Source: Bermanella sp. WJH001
Lineage (GTDB): Bacteria > Pseudomonadota > Gammaproteobacteria > Pseudomonadales > Oceanobacteraceae
Length of the DNA stretch: 32,000 bases
NCBI RefSeq assembly: GCF_030070105.2
Contig: NZ_CP194951.1
Span: 1,038,453 to 1,070,452, forward strand
Reading direction: 5' to 3'
Made by a program: the position numbers and the translations under genes. This document shows, one piece after another, positions 19,632 through 29,362 of the stretch. Each line of letters opens with the position of its first letter. Position 1 is the stretch's first letter. The notes beneath the pieces were generated by a model. It searched no databases, had not been told where the DNA came from, and worked only from the letters and a program-made list of their open reading frames with translations.

Positions 19632-22600
19632 ATGGATAGTTTGAGCCGGATGAGCATACAGTATAAATTTATCATGCCTTGGGTGTTGCCACTGATAGGG
19701 CTGGTATATGCCTTTATATCAATACCCCAAGAGCAAGCAGGGAATGCTCTCATTATACTGAGTTTATTATGTGCGGCTGGGCTCATTGCTCATTGGATGC
19801 AAGCCCATAAACTATTGACGGTTTTATTACTGGCAACCCGTAGCGCAAATGCCACCGCAAACGGTGATTATGGTTATGAACCCACAACCAAAGGTAAGGA
19901 TGAATTAGCCAAGCTTATTTATACCATGGTGAATTTACGTAATAGTGTTAAGTCTATTGCATCCAGTAGTGCTGATCTTGATAGTTCTAACTTGAAAGAA
20001 GACACAGAGAAAGTTGCGGCCATCGATAAGGTTCAAGCAATAATTGAATTCAATATGGATGGAACCATAATTACCGCAAACAAAAATTTCTTAGGAGCCG
20101 TCGGTTATTCATTAGAAGAGATACAGGGTAAGCACCATAGTATTTTTGTAGACTCAGAATTTAAAGCTAGCAATGAATATCAAGATTTCTGGAGAAAGCT
20201 CAATAATGGTGAGTTTGAATCTGCAGAATATAAGCGTGTAGGGAAAGGCGGAAAAGAAATTTGGATTCAAGCATCTTATAACCCAATTATTGGGAAAGAT
20301 GGTAAACCTTATAAAGTCATTAAATTTGCAACGGATATTACGCAGCAAAAAATTGATAATATATCTAATACTCGTATCAGAAGAGCTTTAGATTCATGCG
20401 CCGAGTCATGTTTAATGGTTGCGGATGAAAATTACGATCTTGTATATACCAATAAAGGTGTACAAGACATGTTTATCACGGCAGAGTCGGATATTAAGAA
20501 AAGTATTCCAAGCTTCTCTGTGGATAATGTTCTTGGTAAAAATATTGATATTTTCCACAAAGATCCAAGTTATCAGCGTTCAATGCTAGATAAATTATCA
20601 GACACATACAAAACCAAACTTGAGTTAGGAGATCGTACATTCTCATTGATCGTGAACCCAATATTAAGTGAAGAGGGTGCTCGCATTGGAACGGTAGTAG
20701 AGTGGACCGATAAAACAGAAGAAATTGCTCGTACCGAAAAAGAAGAAAAAATATCTGCCGAAAATGCTCGTACTCGCAGCGCGTTAGATGTGTGTCAGGC
20801 TAATGTGATGATGGCTGATGAAAACTTAAATATTGTTTATTTAAATAATTCGGTACGTGAAATGCTCACCGAGGCTCAGCCTGATATTAAGAAAGACTTA
20901 CCAAGCTTTGACGTCAGTAAATTAATGGGCTTTAACGTGGATGGTTTCCATAAAAACCCGGCTCATCAGCGTGGCATGCTAGCGGATTTAAAAGATGTTT
21001 ATAACACTAAAATTGTGGTGGGCGGTCGCACCTTTGATTTAGTGGCCACACCTGTTTGGCAAGATCAAAAACGTCTGGGCACGGTTGTTGAGTGGAAAGA
21101 CTTGACCGATCAACTTGCATTTGAAGCAGAACAAAAGCGTATTTCTGATGAAAATACACGTGTACGTTTAGCGCTTGATGCTTGTTCAGCGAATACGATG
21201 ATTGCCGATAATGATCAAAATGTGATTTACACCAATGAAGCGGTTTCAGGCATGTTGCGCATTGCTGAATCGGATGTACGCAAAGACCTACCTAACTTTA
21301 CCGCAAGTAAAGTATTGGGTAGTAATATTGATATTTTCCATAAAAATCCGGCACATCAACGTCAAATGTTATCAGCATTAAAAGATACCTATCGTACTCA
21401 GATTGTAGTGGGTGGTCGTACATTCTCCTTGATTGCCAACCCTATTATTAACCCAGAGGGTGAGCGATTAGGCACGGTTGTTGAGTGGAATGACCGTACT
21501 GAAGAAGTGGCGGTTGAACGTGAAGTGGATAACATTATTGAGTCAGCTGGTAAGGGCGAATTAAGTTTACGTGCCACGGTTGAAGATAAGAGTGGTTTCT
21601 TTAAAAATCTTTGCATGGGATTAAACAGCTTAATGACCATTTCGGAAAACGTCATTAATGATACAGCCCGTGTTTTAGATGCCATGGCACACGGTAAATT
21701 AGACGAACGCATTGAAGCAGATTATCAAGGTATTTTTGGCAAGCTTAAACAAGATGCCAATGATACGGGAGAGCGTTTAACAGATGTCATCGGTCGAATC
21801 CGCGAATCTGCAAATACCGTCAGTACCGGCTCCACTGAAATCGCACAAGGTAATACTGACTTAAGTCAACGTACCGAAGAGCAAGCCTCTAGCTTGGAAG
21901 AGACGGCATCCAGTATGGAAGAAATGACCAGCTCTGTTCGTCAAACCAGCGAAAATGCCTCTCATGCAAATAACCTAGCTGCCAATGCTCAAGAGAAAGC
22001 GCAAAAAGGTGGCGAGGTTGTGAGTAAAGCCGTTGGCGCAATGGAAGAAATTAACACCTCAAGTAAGAAAATTTCAGACATCATTGGTGTGATAGACGAA
22101 ATTGCATTCCAAACTAACCTACTCGCATTAAATGCTGCAGTAGAAGCAGCCAGAGCCGGTGAGCAAGGCAAAGGCTTTGCAGTGGTGGCAGGTGAGGTTA
22201 GAAACTTAGCACAGCGCAGTGCTGGGGCGGCAAAAGAAATTAAAGACTTAATTCGCGATAGTGTTGAAAAAGTCGATAATGGTACTGACCTTGTTAACAA
22301 ATCGGGACAAACTCTAGCAGAAATTGTAGAAGCCGTTGAAAAAGTTAACACCATGATTAAAGAAATCAGTTCAGCCTCTGAAGAGCAAGCCAGTGGTATA
22401 GAGCAAGTAAACAAAGCCATTAGCCAAATGGATGAAATGACTCAGCAAAATGCTGCTCTAGTAGAAGAAGCATCTGCGGCCAGTGAAACCATGACCGAGC
22501 AAGCCAAAAACATGCTGGATCTCGTGGGTTTCTTTAAAGTGGCTTCGGGTTCTGATACTCATAATCCTATGGGGCATCAGTCAGCTATGATGAGTCACTC

Positions 22601-22712
22601 ATCTAAGCCTTCTCAATCAAAATCAAGCGCGTCATCTACACAAATCCATAAACCGACTACGGCAAGTCGACCTGTGGTAAAAGATGACGACGACGATTGG
22701 CAAGAATTTTAG
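19632..22712 (+). CDS. Methyl-accepting chemotaxis protein: N-terminal TM hairpin, one PAS plus three tandem PAS-like modules, HAMP-like region, MCP signalling domain, C-terminal DWQEF
   Basis: Signalling hairpin [48 protein letters not shown]; two hydrophobic segments near the N-terminus with very short spacing. The provided start is GTG 19620; ATG 19632 also possible. Confidence 0.95.
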   Translation: MDSLSRMSIQYKFIMPWVLPLIGLVYAFISIPQEQAGNALIILSLLCAAGLIAHWMQAHKLLTVLLLATRSANATANGDYGYEPTTKGKDELAKLIYTMVNLRNSVKSIASSSADLDSSNLKEDTEKVAAIDKVQAIIEFNMDGTIITANKNFLGAVGYSLEEIQGKHHSIFVDSEFKASNEYQDFWRKLNNGEFESAEYKRVGKGGKEIWIQASYNPIIGKDGKPYKVIKFATDITQQKIDNISNTRIRRALDSCAESCLMVADENYDLVYTNKGVQDMFITAESDIKKSIPSFSVDNVLGKNIDIFHKDPSYQRSMLDKLSDTYKTKLELGDRTFSLIVNPILSEEGARIGTVVEWTDKTEEIARTEKEEKISAENARTRSALDVCQANVMMADENLNIVYLNNSVREMLTEAQPDIKKDLPSFDVSKLMGFNVDGFHKNPAHQRGMLADLKDVYNTKIVVGGRTFDLVATPVWQDQKRLGTVVEWKDLTDQLAFEAEQKRISDENTRVRLALDACSANTMIADNDQNVIYTNEAVSGMLRIAESDVRKDLPNFTASKVLGSNIDIFHKNPAHQRQMLSALKDTYRTQIVVGGRTFSLIANPIINPEGERLGTVVEWNDRTEEVAVEREVDNIIESAGKGELSLRATVEDKSGFFKNLCMGLNSLMTISENVINDTARVLDAMAHGKLDERIEADYQGIFGKLKQDANDTGERLTDVIGRIRESANTVSTGSTEIAQGNTDLSQRTEEQASSLEETASSMEEMTSSVRQTSENASHANNLAANAQEKAQKGGEVVSKAVGAMEEINTSSKKISDIIGVIDEIAFQTNLLALNAAVEAARAGEQGKGFAVVAGEVRNLAQRSAGAAKEIKDLIRDSVEKVDNGTDLVNKSGQTLAEIVEAVEKVNTMIKEISSASEEQASGIEQVNKAISQMDEMTQQNAALVEEASAASETMTEQAKNMLDLVGFFKVASGSDTHNPMGHQSAMMSHSSKPSQSKSSASSTQIHKPTTASRPVVKDDDDDWQEF
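20373..21545 (+). repeat. Three tandem copies of a 130-132 codon PAS-like module inside the chemoreceptor gene
   Basis: Modules begin with R-x-R-x-ALD-x-C at 20373, 20769 and 21159 (RIRRALDSC / RTRSALDVC / RVRLALDAC); shared N-I/V-D-x-FHK-x-P and GTVVEW. Confidence 0.9.
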
Positions 22713-22726
22713 AGAAGTAATGTACT

Positions 22727-23551
22727 ATGGATTTCTCGGGTAAGGAATTCCCAATGGCTGATGAGGACTTTAAACGCCTCTCAGCCAAGGCTTACGAAAT
22801 CAGTGGCATCGTATTGGGAGATCAAAAAAAAGAATTAGTTTATAGTCGTATATCCAGACGCATTAGAAAACTAGGTCTTAAAAATTTCTCTGAGTACTGC
22901 CAGCATTTAGAAGCGAATCATACTGCTGAAGTAAATGAATTTGTTAATTCAATTACAACAAACCTAACGTCATTCTTTCGTGAATCTCATCATTTTGAGT
23001 ATTTAGCAAAAGAAATCATACCGCATTGGAAAAAGCAAAATAAGTCGATCCCCATTCGTATATGGTCATCGGCTTGCTCTACCGGTCCTGAGCCATACAG
23101 TATTGCAATCACTTTGCATAAAAACATGATGGTCAAACAACATAATATTAAAATATTAGCAACCGACTTAGATAGTGATGTTTTAAAAAAAGGTCGTGAA
23201 GGCATTTACCCTCTTACCGAAATTGAGCAATTACCGAAAGACTACCTGTCTTGTTTTCAGCAGAATGCAACAACGGGTATGGGAATGGTAAAGCCTGAAA
23301 TAAAAGAAATGATTCAATTTAATCGCTTAAATTTGCTTGGCCCTTGGCCAATGAATGCAAAATTTGATGTGATATTTTGTCGTAATGTGGTGATTTATTT
23401 TAATAAAGAAACCCAAAAAGAATTATTTGAACGTTTAGCAGATCAGCTTAACGATGGTGGTTATTTATTTATAGGTCATAGTGAAACACTGCACGGTATG
23501 ACCTCTCGGTTTGAGTCTAAAGGCCGAACTATTTATAAAAAGATAAGGTGA
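22727..23551 (+). CDS. cheR: Chemotaxis protein methyltransferase CheR
   Basis: 274 aa; ITTNLTSFFRESHHFEYLAKE, IRIWSSACSTGPEPYSIAI, FDVIFCRNVVIYFNKETQKELFERLADQLNDGGYLFIGHSETL. Confidence 0.96.
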   Translation: MDFSGKEFPMADEDFKRLSAKAYEISGIVLGDQKKELVYSRISRRIRKLGLKNFSEYCQHLEANHTAEVNEFVNSITTNLTSFFRESHHFEYLAKEIIPHWKKQNKSIPIRIWSSACSTGPEPYSIAITLHKNMMVKQHNIKILATDLDSDVLKKGREGIYPLTEIEQLPKDYLSCFQQNATTGMGMVKPEIKEMIQFNRLNLLGPWPMNAKFDVIFCRNVVIYFNKETQKELFERLADQLNDGGYLFIGHSETLHGMTSRFESKGRTIYKKIR

Positions 23552-23555
23552 TTAC

Positions 23556-24197
23556 ATGGCACATAATCCACTGAATCAGCCACCTGCTGAAAAAGGGTTT
23601 GAGCATGTTAATCGCTATTTTGATCCAAAGATAAATGTATGGTCAGCAAAAATATTGCCAGGTGAATTTTATGTTACCACTCATGGCGAAATGATTGGCA
23701 CGGTTTTGGGTTCTTGTATCAGTGCTTGTGTGCGAGATGTCACACTAGGTATAGGTGGTATGAACCATTTTATGCTGCCCATTCAAAACGAGCATAGTTC
23801 AGCGCAGTGGGGCAGCGATGCCAATACGTCTGAGACTCGTTATGGCAATTGGGCCATGGAGTATTTATTGAATACGCTTTATAAAATGGGTTGTACGAAG
23901 CGAAATCTAGAAGTGAAGTTATTTGGTGGCGGACAAGTACTTGCCAGTATGACGGATATCGGGCAAAGAAACATATTATTTGCGTACGATTTTTTACGCA
24001 AAGAAGGCATCAATGTAAAAGCTGCCGATGTAGGTGATGTTTATTCGAGAAAAATACTTTATTTTCCCGATACCGGATGTGTGAAAGTAAGGCGCATTAC
24101 AACCACGAAAAATGAAACCATTATCGAGCGCGAAAAGGGCTACCTGGATTCTATCAGGCAGCATAAAGATGACTCTGATATTGAACTATTTGATTAA
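23556..24197 (+). CDS. cheD: Chemoreceptor glutamine deamidase CheD
   Basis: 213 aa; VLGSCISACVRDVTLGIGGMNHFMLP, KRNLEVKLFGGGQV. Confidence 0.93.
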   Translation: MAHNPLNQPPAEKGFEHVNRYFDPKINVWSAKILPGEFYVTTHGEMIGTVLGSCISACVRDVTLGIGGMNHFMLPIQNEHSSAQWGSDANTSETRYGNWAMEYLLNTLYKMGCTKRNLEVKLFGGGQVLASMTDIGQRNILFAYDFLRKEGINVKAADVGDVYSRKILYFPDTGCVKVRRITTTKNETIIEREKGYLDSIRQHKDDSDIELFD

Positions 24198-24209
24198 CAA
24201 GGGTGGATC

Positions 24210-25268
24210 ATGATTAAAGTGCTGATCGTAGATGATTCAATCTTAATACGAAAAGTTTTAACACAGATATTATCTGATCAGGCGGATATCCAAGTAGTGG
24301 GTACGGCGGCTGATCCCTATATTGCTAGGGATAAAATTAAAGCCCTCAATCCAGATGTCATTACGCTTGATATTGAAATGCCTAAAATGGACGGTATTAC
24401 CTTTTTGCGTAACCTAATGCGCTTAAGGCCTTTGCCGGTTGTGATGATTTCCACACTCACACAAAAAGGTGCACCATCAACATTAGAAGCGTTGGAAATC
24501 GGAGCCGTAGATTATATCGGTAAACCCAGTGCCGATAAGCCTGAATTGTTAAGTGAATATGCCTCAGAAATCATAGAAAAAGTGAAAATGGCGTCGGTCG
24601 CCAACGTGAGTCGCCTAGAGGTTCAGGCCAATAGAACACCGCCAAAAGTGATTAAACCTATTGAAAAACAAGGTTTGAATCGAGACGGTTTAATTGTGAT
24701 TGGCGCTTCCACCGGAGGCACTGAAGCCATTAGGGAGCTGCTGTGCATGTTGCCAGTGGACACCCCACCAATCGTCATCACTCAACATATACCGCCGGTG
24801 TTCAGTGCATCATTTGCTAAGCGAATTAATGGCATGATTCAGCAAGAAGTCAGTGAAGCACAAGATGGCGATAAGATTATGCCAGGACATATTTATATCG
24901 CCCCTGGTGACAAGCAATTTGAAGTTGTGCAAAAAGGTGGTCACTTCTACTGTAAAGTGTATGACGGTGAACGGGTCAATTTACATAAACCGTCGGTAGA
25001 GGTTTTATTTGACTCGATTAGCCGTAACCCGCAACTGGCAAAACGCTCCATTGGCATTATGCTCACAGGAATGGGGGCAGATGGAGCACAAGCCATGCTG
25101 AGAATGAAGCAAGCGGGTTGTTATAATATTGTGCAAGATAAAGAAAGTTCAGTTGTTTGGGGAATGCCTGGTGCCGCGGTTGATTGTGGCGCGGCAGATA
25201 AGGTTTTACCACTTAATCACATTGCAGCCCATGTGGTATCACATTTAAAAAAGGGAATTAAGCGTTAA
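24210..25268 (+). CDS. cheB: Chemotaxis methylesterase/response regulator CheB
   Basis: 352 aa; receiver plus IGASTGGTEAIRELL, ITQHIPPVFSASFAKR, GIMLTGMGADGAQAML. Confidence 0.96.
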   Translation: MIKVLIVDDSILIRKVLTQILSDQADIQVVGTAADPYIARDKIKALNPDVITLDIEMPKMDGITFLRNLMRLRPLPVVMISTLTQKGAPSTLEALEIGAVDYIGKPSADKPELLSEYASEIIEKVKMASVANVSRLEVQANRTPPKVIKPIEKQGLNRDGLIVIGASTGGTEAIRELLCMLPVDTPPIVITQHIPPVFSASFAKRINGMIQQEVSEAQDGDKIMPGHIYIAPGDKQFEVVQKGGHFYCKVYDGERVNLHKPSVEVLFDSISRNPQLAKRSIGIMLTGMGADGAQAMLRMKQAGCYNIVQDKESSVVWGMPGAAVDCGAADKVLPLNHIAAHVVSHLKKGIKR

Positions 25269-25346
25269 ATTTTACTAAATTATTTTTTTTGAACTATGCT
25301 CAAAATATGCAGTACAACTCTACGCCAAGGAAATAAGAGGTTTGAC

Positions 25347-25646
25347 ATGCCGGTAAATGCTTCGATTAAAGGTGATGAATTGACCGTCACCGTGGAAGGG
25401 CGCTTTGACTTTAGTGCACATCAAGAATTCCGTGATGCTTATGAAGATGCGGGGGCAGGTGTGAGTAAATACGTGATAGATATGTCTAAGGCTTCATATT
25501 TAGACAGCTCCGCACTTGGTATGCTTTTATTGCTGCGTGATCATGCCGGTGGTGAGAGCTCAAATGTGCGTATTACACGTTGCAATGCCGATGTGAAAAA
25601 AATTCTAACCATTTCGAATTTTGAGCAACTCTTTACTATCGATTAG
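25347..25646 (+). CDS. hsbA: STAS-domain anti-sigma factor antagonist, HsbA-like
   Basis: YVIDMSKASYLDSSALGMLLLLRDHAGG is a canonical STAS phosphosite region. The gene is followed by a PP2C response regulator and an HPt. ATG 25347 with RBS aagagg preferred over the provided 25296. Confidence 0.65.
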   Translation: MPVNASIKGDELTVTVEGRFDFSAHQEFRDAYEDAGAGVSKYVIDMSKASYLDSSALGMLLLLRDHAGGESSNVRITRCNADVKKILTISNFEQLFTID

Positions 25647-25667
25647 CGGTAAGGTCTGAGGTCAGTT

Positions 25668-27383
25668 ATGGATGAAAGACCGCTACATGTATTAGTGGCA
25701 GATGATAACCAATCTGATCGAATGATACTGTGTGCCATCGTTAAAAAAATGGGCTACACCGTATGTGAAGCCGCTGATGGTAATGAAGCCATCGACCAAT
25801 TTTTAGAACAAAAACCTGACATCATCTTACTTGATGTGATTATGCCCAATTTAAATGGGCAACAAGCCGCTAAGACAATCAAGACCCTAGCGGGAGAAGA
25901 TATGGTTCCTATTATCTTCTTAACCTCTCTACAAGAAGCGTCTGACTTAGCCGCCTGCTTAGAAAGTGGTGGCGATGATTTTATTTCTAAGCCTTATAAT
26001 AAAATCATTCTGCAAGCAAAAATCAATGCTTTTAGTCGCATGCTGAAAATGCACACAACCTTGCAAACTCAGCGTGATTTAATCCGCGAAAATAATGAAC
26101 ATATGCGTCACGAGCAGCAAGTTGCAAGAGCTGTATATGATAATGTGGCACACAGTGGCTGTTTAGATCTACCCAACATTAAGCACTTGTTATCTCCTTT
26201 TTCTATTTTTAATGGTGATGTTCTTTTAGCTGCGCGCAAGCCTTCAGGCAGTATTCATATTTTATTAGGTGACTTTACCGGACACGGTCTGCCTGCTGCT
26301 ATTGGGGCGATGCCACTTGCTGAAATATTTTATGGTATGACGGCAAAAGGTTTTTTTATGTCGGATATTCTTCGAGAGATTAATATCAAATTAAAAAAAA
26401 TCTTACCAGTGGGTTACTTTTGCTGTACCTGTATGGCCAATATGAGTTTTAGACGCAACGAAATTGAAGTGTGGATGGGCGGATTACCAGATTTTGGCTT
26501 GTATCGTAAAAACACAGGTCAAGTTGAGCGAATTAAATCCAACCATTTACCTTTAGGGGTTTTGTCATCCCAAGCCTTTGATGCAGAAACCAAAACATTT
26601 GACTTCTTACCTGGTGATAAATTCTACATGTGGTCAGATGGTATCATTGAAGCCCGTAATTCTGATGGTGAACTGTTTGGCGATGAACGATTATTTTCGG
26701 TTTTTGATAATAAAAATAGCGATGACTATTTTGATAATATTCTAAAAAGTGTTAATCAATTTGTTGGTGAAAATGGCCGAGACGATGATACAACGTTATT
26801 AGAGTTGTCTATGGTTGATGAGTCTGAGATCGGTAGAGTGGATATTGATCTCTCAAGTGGTGCCATTAGTGGCCCCACAAATTGGAATATGATTTATACC
26901 CTAAGAGACGAAACCCTAAAGTCGTTTAATCCTTTGCCTATTATGCTAAACATTTTAAATGATGTGCCGGCATTACGGCGTTTAAGTGGGCAATTGTATA
27001 CCCTAATGGCCGAGTTATTTTCTAATGCGTTTGAGCATGGTGTGCTTGGATTAAGTTCGGAACTTAAAAAAACCGCCGATGGTTTTGCCGAATATTATCG
27101 TTTACGCAGTTGCGCGATGGAGTCTTTAGAGAATGCGTTTGTTAAATTTGATTTTGATCTGACCCCGACCAAAGATGGCGGTAAGCTGACCATCATTGTA
27201 GAAGATAGTGGGGAAGGTTTTGATTATGATAATGATAACTTCGACTCAAATATTGATGAAAATGTCGCATATTCTGGCCGAGGTATTCCACTGATTTATA
27301 GTTTATGCGATAGTCTCACCTATCTTGATAAGGGTAATAAAGTCAAAGTTTGCCTATCATGGAAATCCCCGATTGAGGAGTAG
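25668..27383 (+). CDS. hsbR: Response regulator with PP2C (SpoIIE-type) phosphatase and C-terminal HATPase/anti-sigma-type domain, HsbR-like
   Basis: 571 aa; receiver VLVADDNQSDRM...DIILLDVIMP; PP2C motifs GDFTGHGLPAAIGAMP and GRDDDTTLLELSM; HATPase-like ELFSNAFEHGVLGL ... IIVEDSGEGFD ... SGRGIPLIYSLCD. Confidence 0.7.
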   Translation: MDERPLHVLVADDNQSDRMILCAIVKKMGYTVCEAADGNEAIDQFLEQKPDIILLDVIMPNLNGQQAAKTIKTLAGEDMVPIIFLTSLQEASDLAACLESGGDDFISKPYNKIILQAKINAFSRMLKMHTTLQTQRDLIRENNEHMRHEQQVARAVYDNVAHSGCLDLPNIKHLLSPFSIFNGDVLLAARKPSGSIHILLGDFTGHGLPAAIGAMPLAEIFYGMTAKGFFMSDILREINIKLKKILPVGYFCCTCMANMSFRRNEIEVWMGGLPDFGLYRKNTGQVERIKSNHLPLGVLSSQAFDAETKTFDFLPGDKFYMWSDGIIEARNSDGELFGDERLFSVFDNKNSDDYFDNILKSVNQFVGENGRDDDTTLLELSMVDESEIGRVDIDLSSGAISGPTNWNMIYTLRDETLKSFNPLPIMLNILNDVPALRRLSGQLYTLMAELFSNAFEHGVLGLSSELKKTADGFAEYYRLRSCAMESLENAFVKFDFDLTPTKDGGKLTIIVEDSGEGFDYDNDNFDSNIDENVAYSGRGIPLIYSLCDSLTYLDKGNKVKVCLSWKSPIEE

Positions 27384-27388
27384 GTAGT

Positions 27389-27721
27389 ATGTCCCATTTA
27401 AATATGGAGCAAATTCAAGAATTAAAAGACATTATGGAAGAAGGCTTTAATGATCTTGTCTTAACCTATTTACATGATAGCGAAGTAAAACTGACGGCAT
27501 TAAAAGCGGCCATTCAATCCTCAAAGAGTGAGCAGGTTGCTGAAATTGCTCACAGCTTAAAAGGCTCTAGTGCCAATATCTATGCTGAGTCCTTATCTGC
27601 ACTGTTCAAAAAAGTTGAGGATTCAGGTCGCTCGCAAACATTACAAGATGTACCGTATGTGTTTGAGAAAATAGAAGAAGAATTCTCACACGTTAAAACT
27701 CAACTGCAACAATTACAGTAA
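27389..27721 (+). CDS. hptB: Histidine phosphotransfer (HPt) protein, HptB-like
   Basis: 110 aa; IAHSLKGSSANIYAESLSALFKKVED. Confidence 0.65.
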   Translation: MSHLNMEQIQELKDIMEEGFNDLVLTYLHDSEVKLTALKAAIQSSKSEQVAEIAHSLKGSSANIYAESLSALFKKVEDSGRSQTLQDVPYVFEKIEEEFSHVKTQLQQLQ

Positions 27722-27731
27722 CCTTTTAAAC

Positions 27732-27749
27732 TTGGCCTAAGCATTGCAA
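27732..27749 (+). promoter_or_regulatory. Putative sigma-54 promoter upstream of fliK
   Basis: TTGGCCTAAGCATTGCAA: GG and GC with 10-nt spacing, about 35 nt before ATG 27784. Confidence 0.75.
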
Positions 27750-27783
27750 ATTCTTTATATCAAAGAATTAATTGGGTCATGTT

Positions 27784-29187
27784 ATGCCAGTATCTCCGCT
27801 ATTTTCACTTGTGTCACCCGTCACACCAAGTAATACAAATGGGCCTTTGTCTCAATCAGGCGCGAACAATAATGGGGTTTTAAGCCCCATATCAAGCACA
27901 AATACAGACTCTTCTGACCTTTCTCAAGGTCAAACGACGTTAAGTTTTTTTGAACAACTACAAGTGGCAAATGATCTAAATAATTTGCCACTTGGGCAAG
28001 AATTTGCCGCTTATTTGCCGCACGTATCGGTCGATGAAGAAAGCCCGATGACGCAGCTGAATACTGATTTTGTAGGGCCATTAACTCCCTTAACATTAGA
28101 GCATACCCATAACACGGACGATGCCAGTGGAATTTTATACAGCCCAATAAATCAAGCCGTAACGCTGGATAGCACGCAAGTAGAAACACCTGAAGGACTA
28201 CAATATCTTGAAAGCTTGCGACGAGCGCAACCCCATATCCAGTCTCAAGGGGCATTAAGTTCTAACATGACACAAGAGGATCTGGTTGAGGGTAATTTAG
28301 ATACCCAAGCTCAAGTTAAACTCGTGCAGTCCGAACTCTCTGCAAGACAGGCACATATCCCTGAAGCGGCTGCGAAAATAGTGGACCCAAATCTTCAGGC
28401 TGTGAATCCTGCTATTGCGATGAATGCACAAAATAATAAAGCGATTAATCTCGACGAACTGTCAATGGATGTATTAACAGAAGAGATCACTTTAGATGAG
28501 GCCAGTTTAGATGGCATGCACTTAGAATCAGAATCGATACATGACCAGCCAAAAACATTAACAGCGTTAAAAGAAAACAGCATGGTGAATGTTTCGGTGA
28601 ATCAAGAAAGTAGCGCGTTACCTGACGCTAAGCTTAATGGAATGGAAACCATCACAGCAGGGTTAAAAGAATCAGCGGCTACAAAATCCATGGCCTTAGA
28701 TCAGGGCGACGGTGTTAAAACGCAAACACTAACCGCAGAAAAATTGGCCAGTCACTTTAATAAATTAGATGTGCCACCTCAAAGTCCACAATGGAATGAT
28801 CAGGTGGCAAAACGAATTAGCATCATGGCCAGTGAAAGTGTGCAAAGTGCCCGCATCCAGTTGGACCCTCCAGAATTAGGCTCTTTAGAAATTAAAGTCA
28901 AAGTGCAAAACGATCAGGTAAGTGTGGCATTTGGCAGTAATAACCAAATGGTGCGCGATGCATTAGAAAGTCAAACCCCACGCCTTCGTGAGTTGCTAGA
29001 GCAGCAGGGTGTGGATTTAGCCGATGTGAATGTCTCTGAACAAGGCCGAGATCAAAATGGTCAAGATTCAAATGAAGCACTTACACAAGGGGGTGATCAA
29101 GAGGGCGACGCAATAGGAGCTGATCCGTTGACTGACCAAGAGATCCAAACCTTTGAAAGCGATGCTTTAGTGGATTACTTCGCTTAA
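27784..29187 (+). CDS. fliK: Flagellar hook-length control protein FliK
   Basis: C-terminal SVQSARIQLDPPELGSLEIKVKVQNDQVSVAFGSNNQMVRDALESQTPRLRELLEQQGVDLADVNV. Provided start 27772 is TTG; ATG 27784 preferred. Confidence 0.92.
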   Translation: MPVSPLFSLVSPVTPSNTNGPLSQSGANNNGVLSPISSTNTDSSDLSQGQTTLSFFEQLQVANDLNNLPLGQEFAAYLPHVSVDEESPMTQLNTDFVGPLTPLTLEHTHNTDDASGILYSPINQAVTLDSTQVETPEGLQYLESLRRAQPHIQSQGALSSNMTQEDLVEGNLDTQAQVKLVQSELSARQAHIPEAAAKIVDPNLQAVNPAIAMNAQNNKAINLDELSMDVLTEEITLDEASLDGMHLESESIHDQPKTLTALKENSMVNVSVNQESSALPDAKLNGMETITAGLKESAATKSMALDQGDGVKTQTLTAEKLASHFNKLDVPPQSPQWNDQVAKRISIMASESVQSARIQLDPPELGSLEIKVKVQNDQVSVAFGSNNQMVRDALESQTPRLRELLEQQGVDLADVNVSEQGRDQNGQDSNEALTQGGDQEGDAIGADPLTDQEIQTFESDALVDYFA

Positions 29188-29207
29188 GCTATTTTTATCT
29201 GCTTTTC

Positions 29208-29246
29208 CCTTGTCGTGCTTAGGCATGGCAAGGCCCTTCTTTTTTT
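29208..29246 (+). terminator. Rho-independent terminator between fliK and fliL
   Basis: CCTTGTCGTGC-TTAG-GCATGGCAAGG hairpin (11 pairs including wobbles) followed by a T-rich tract. Confidence 0.7.
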
Positions 29247-29316
29247 CTTGTCTACACTTAATGATGAATAGCTTATGCAATTTGGCGACATTGACCCAAA
29301 GTTTTAGTCGTGTTCG

Positions 29317-29332
29317 TGGCATAAGGCTTGCA
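29317..29332 (+). promoter_or_regulatory. Putative sigma-54 promoter for fliLMNO(P)
   Basis: TGGCATAAGGCTTGCA, near-perfect -24/-12 element. Confidence 0.85.
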
Positions 29333-29362
29333 GAATTCAATTAAGCATCAAAAAGGTGACGT

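Noticed and set aside
21989-22420. Minus-strand 143-aa ORF antisense to the MCP signalling domain
   Set aside because: Low-complexity S/A/L-rich translation typical of the antisense of MCP coiled-coil sequence; no supporting start or context.
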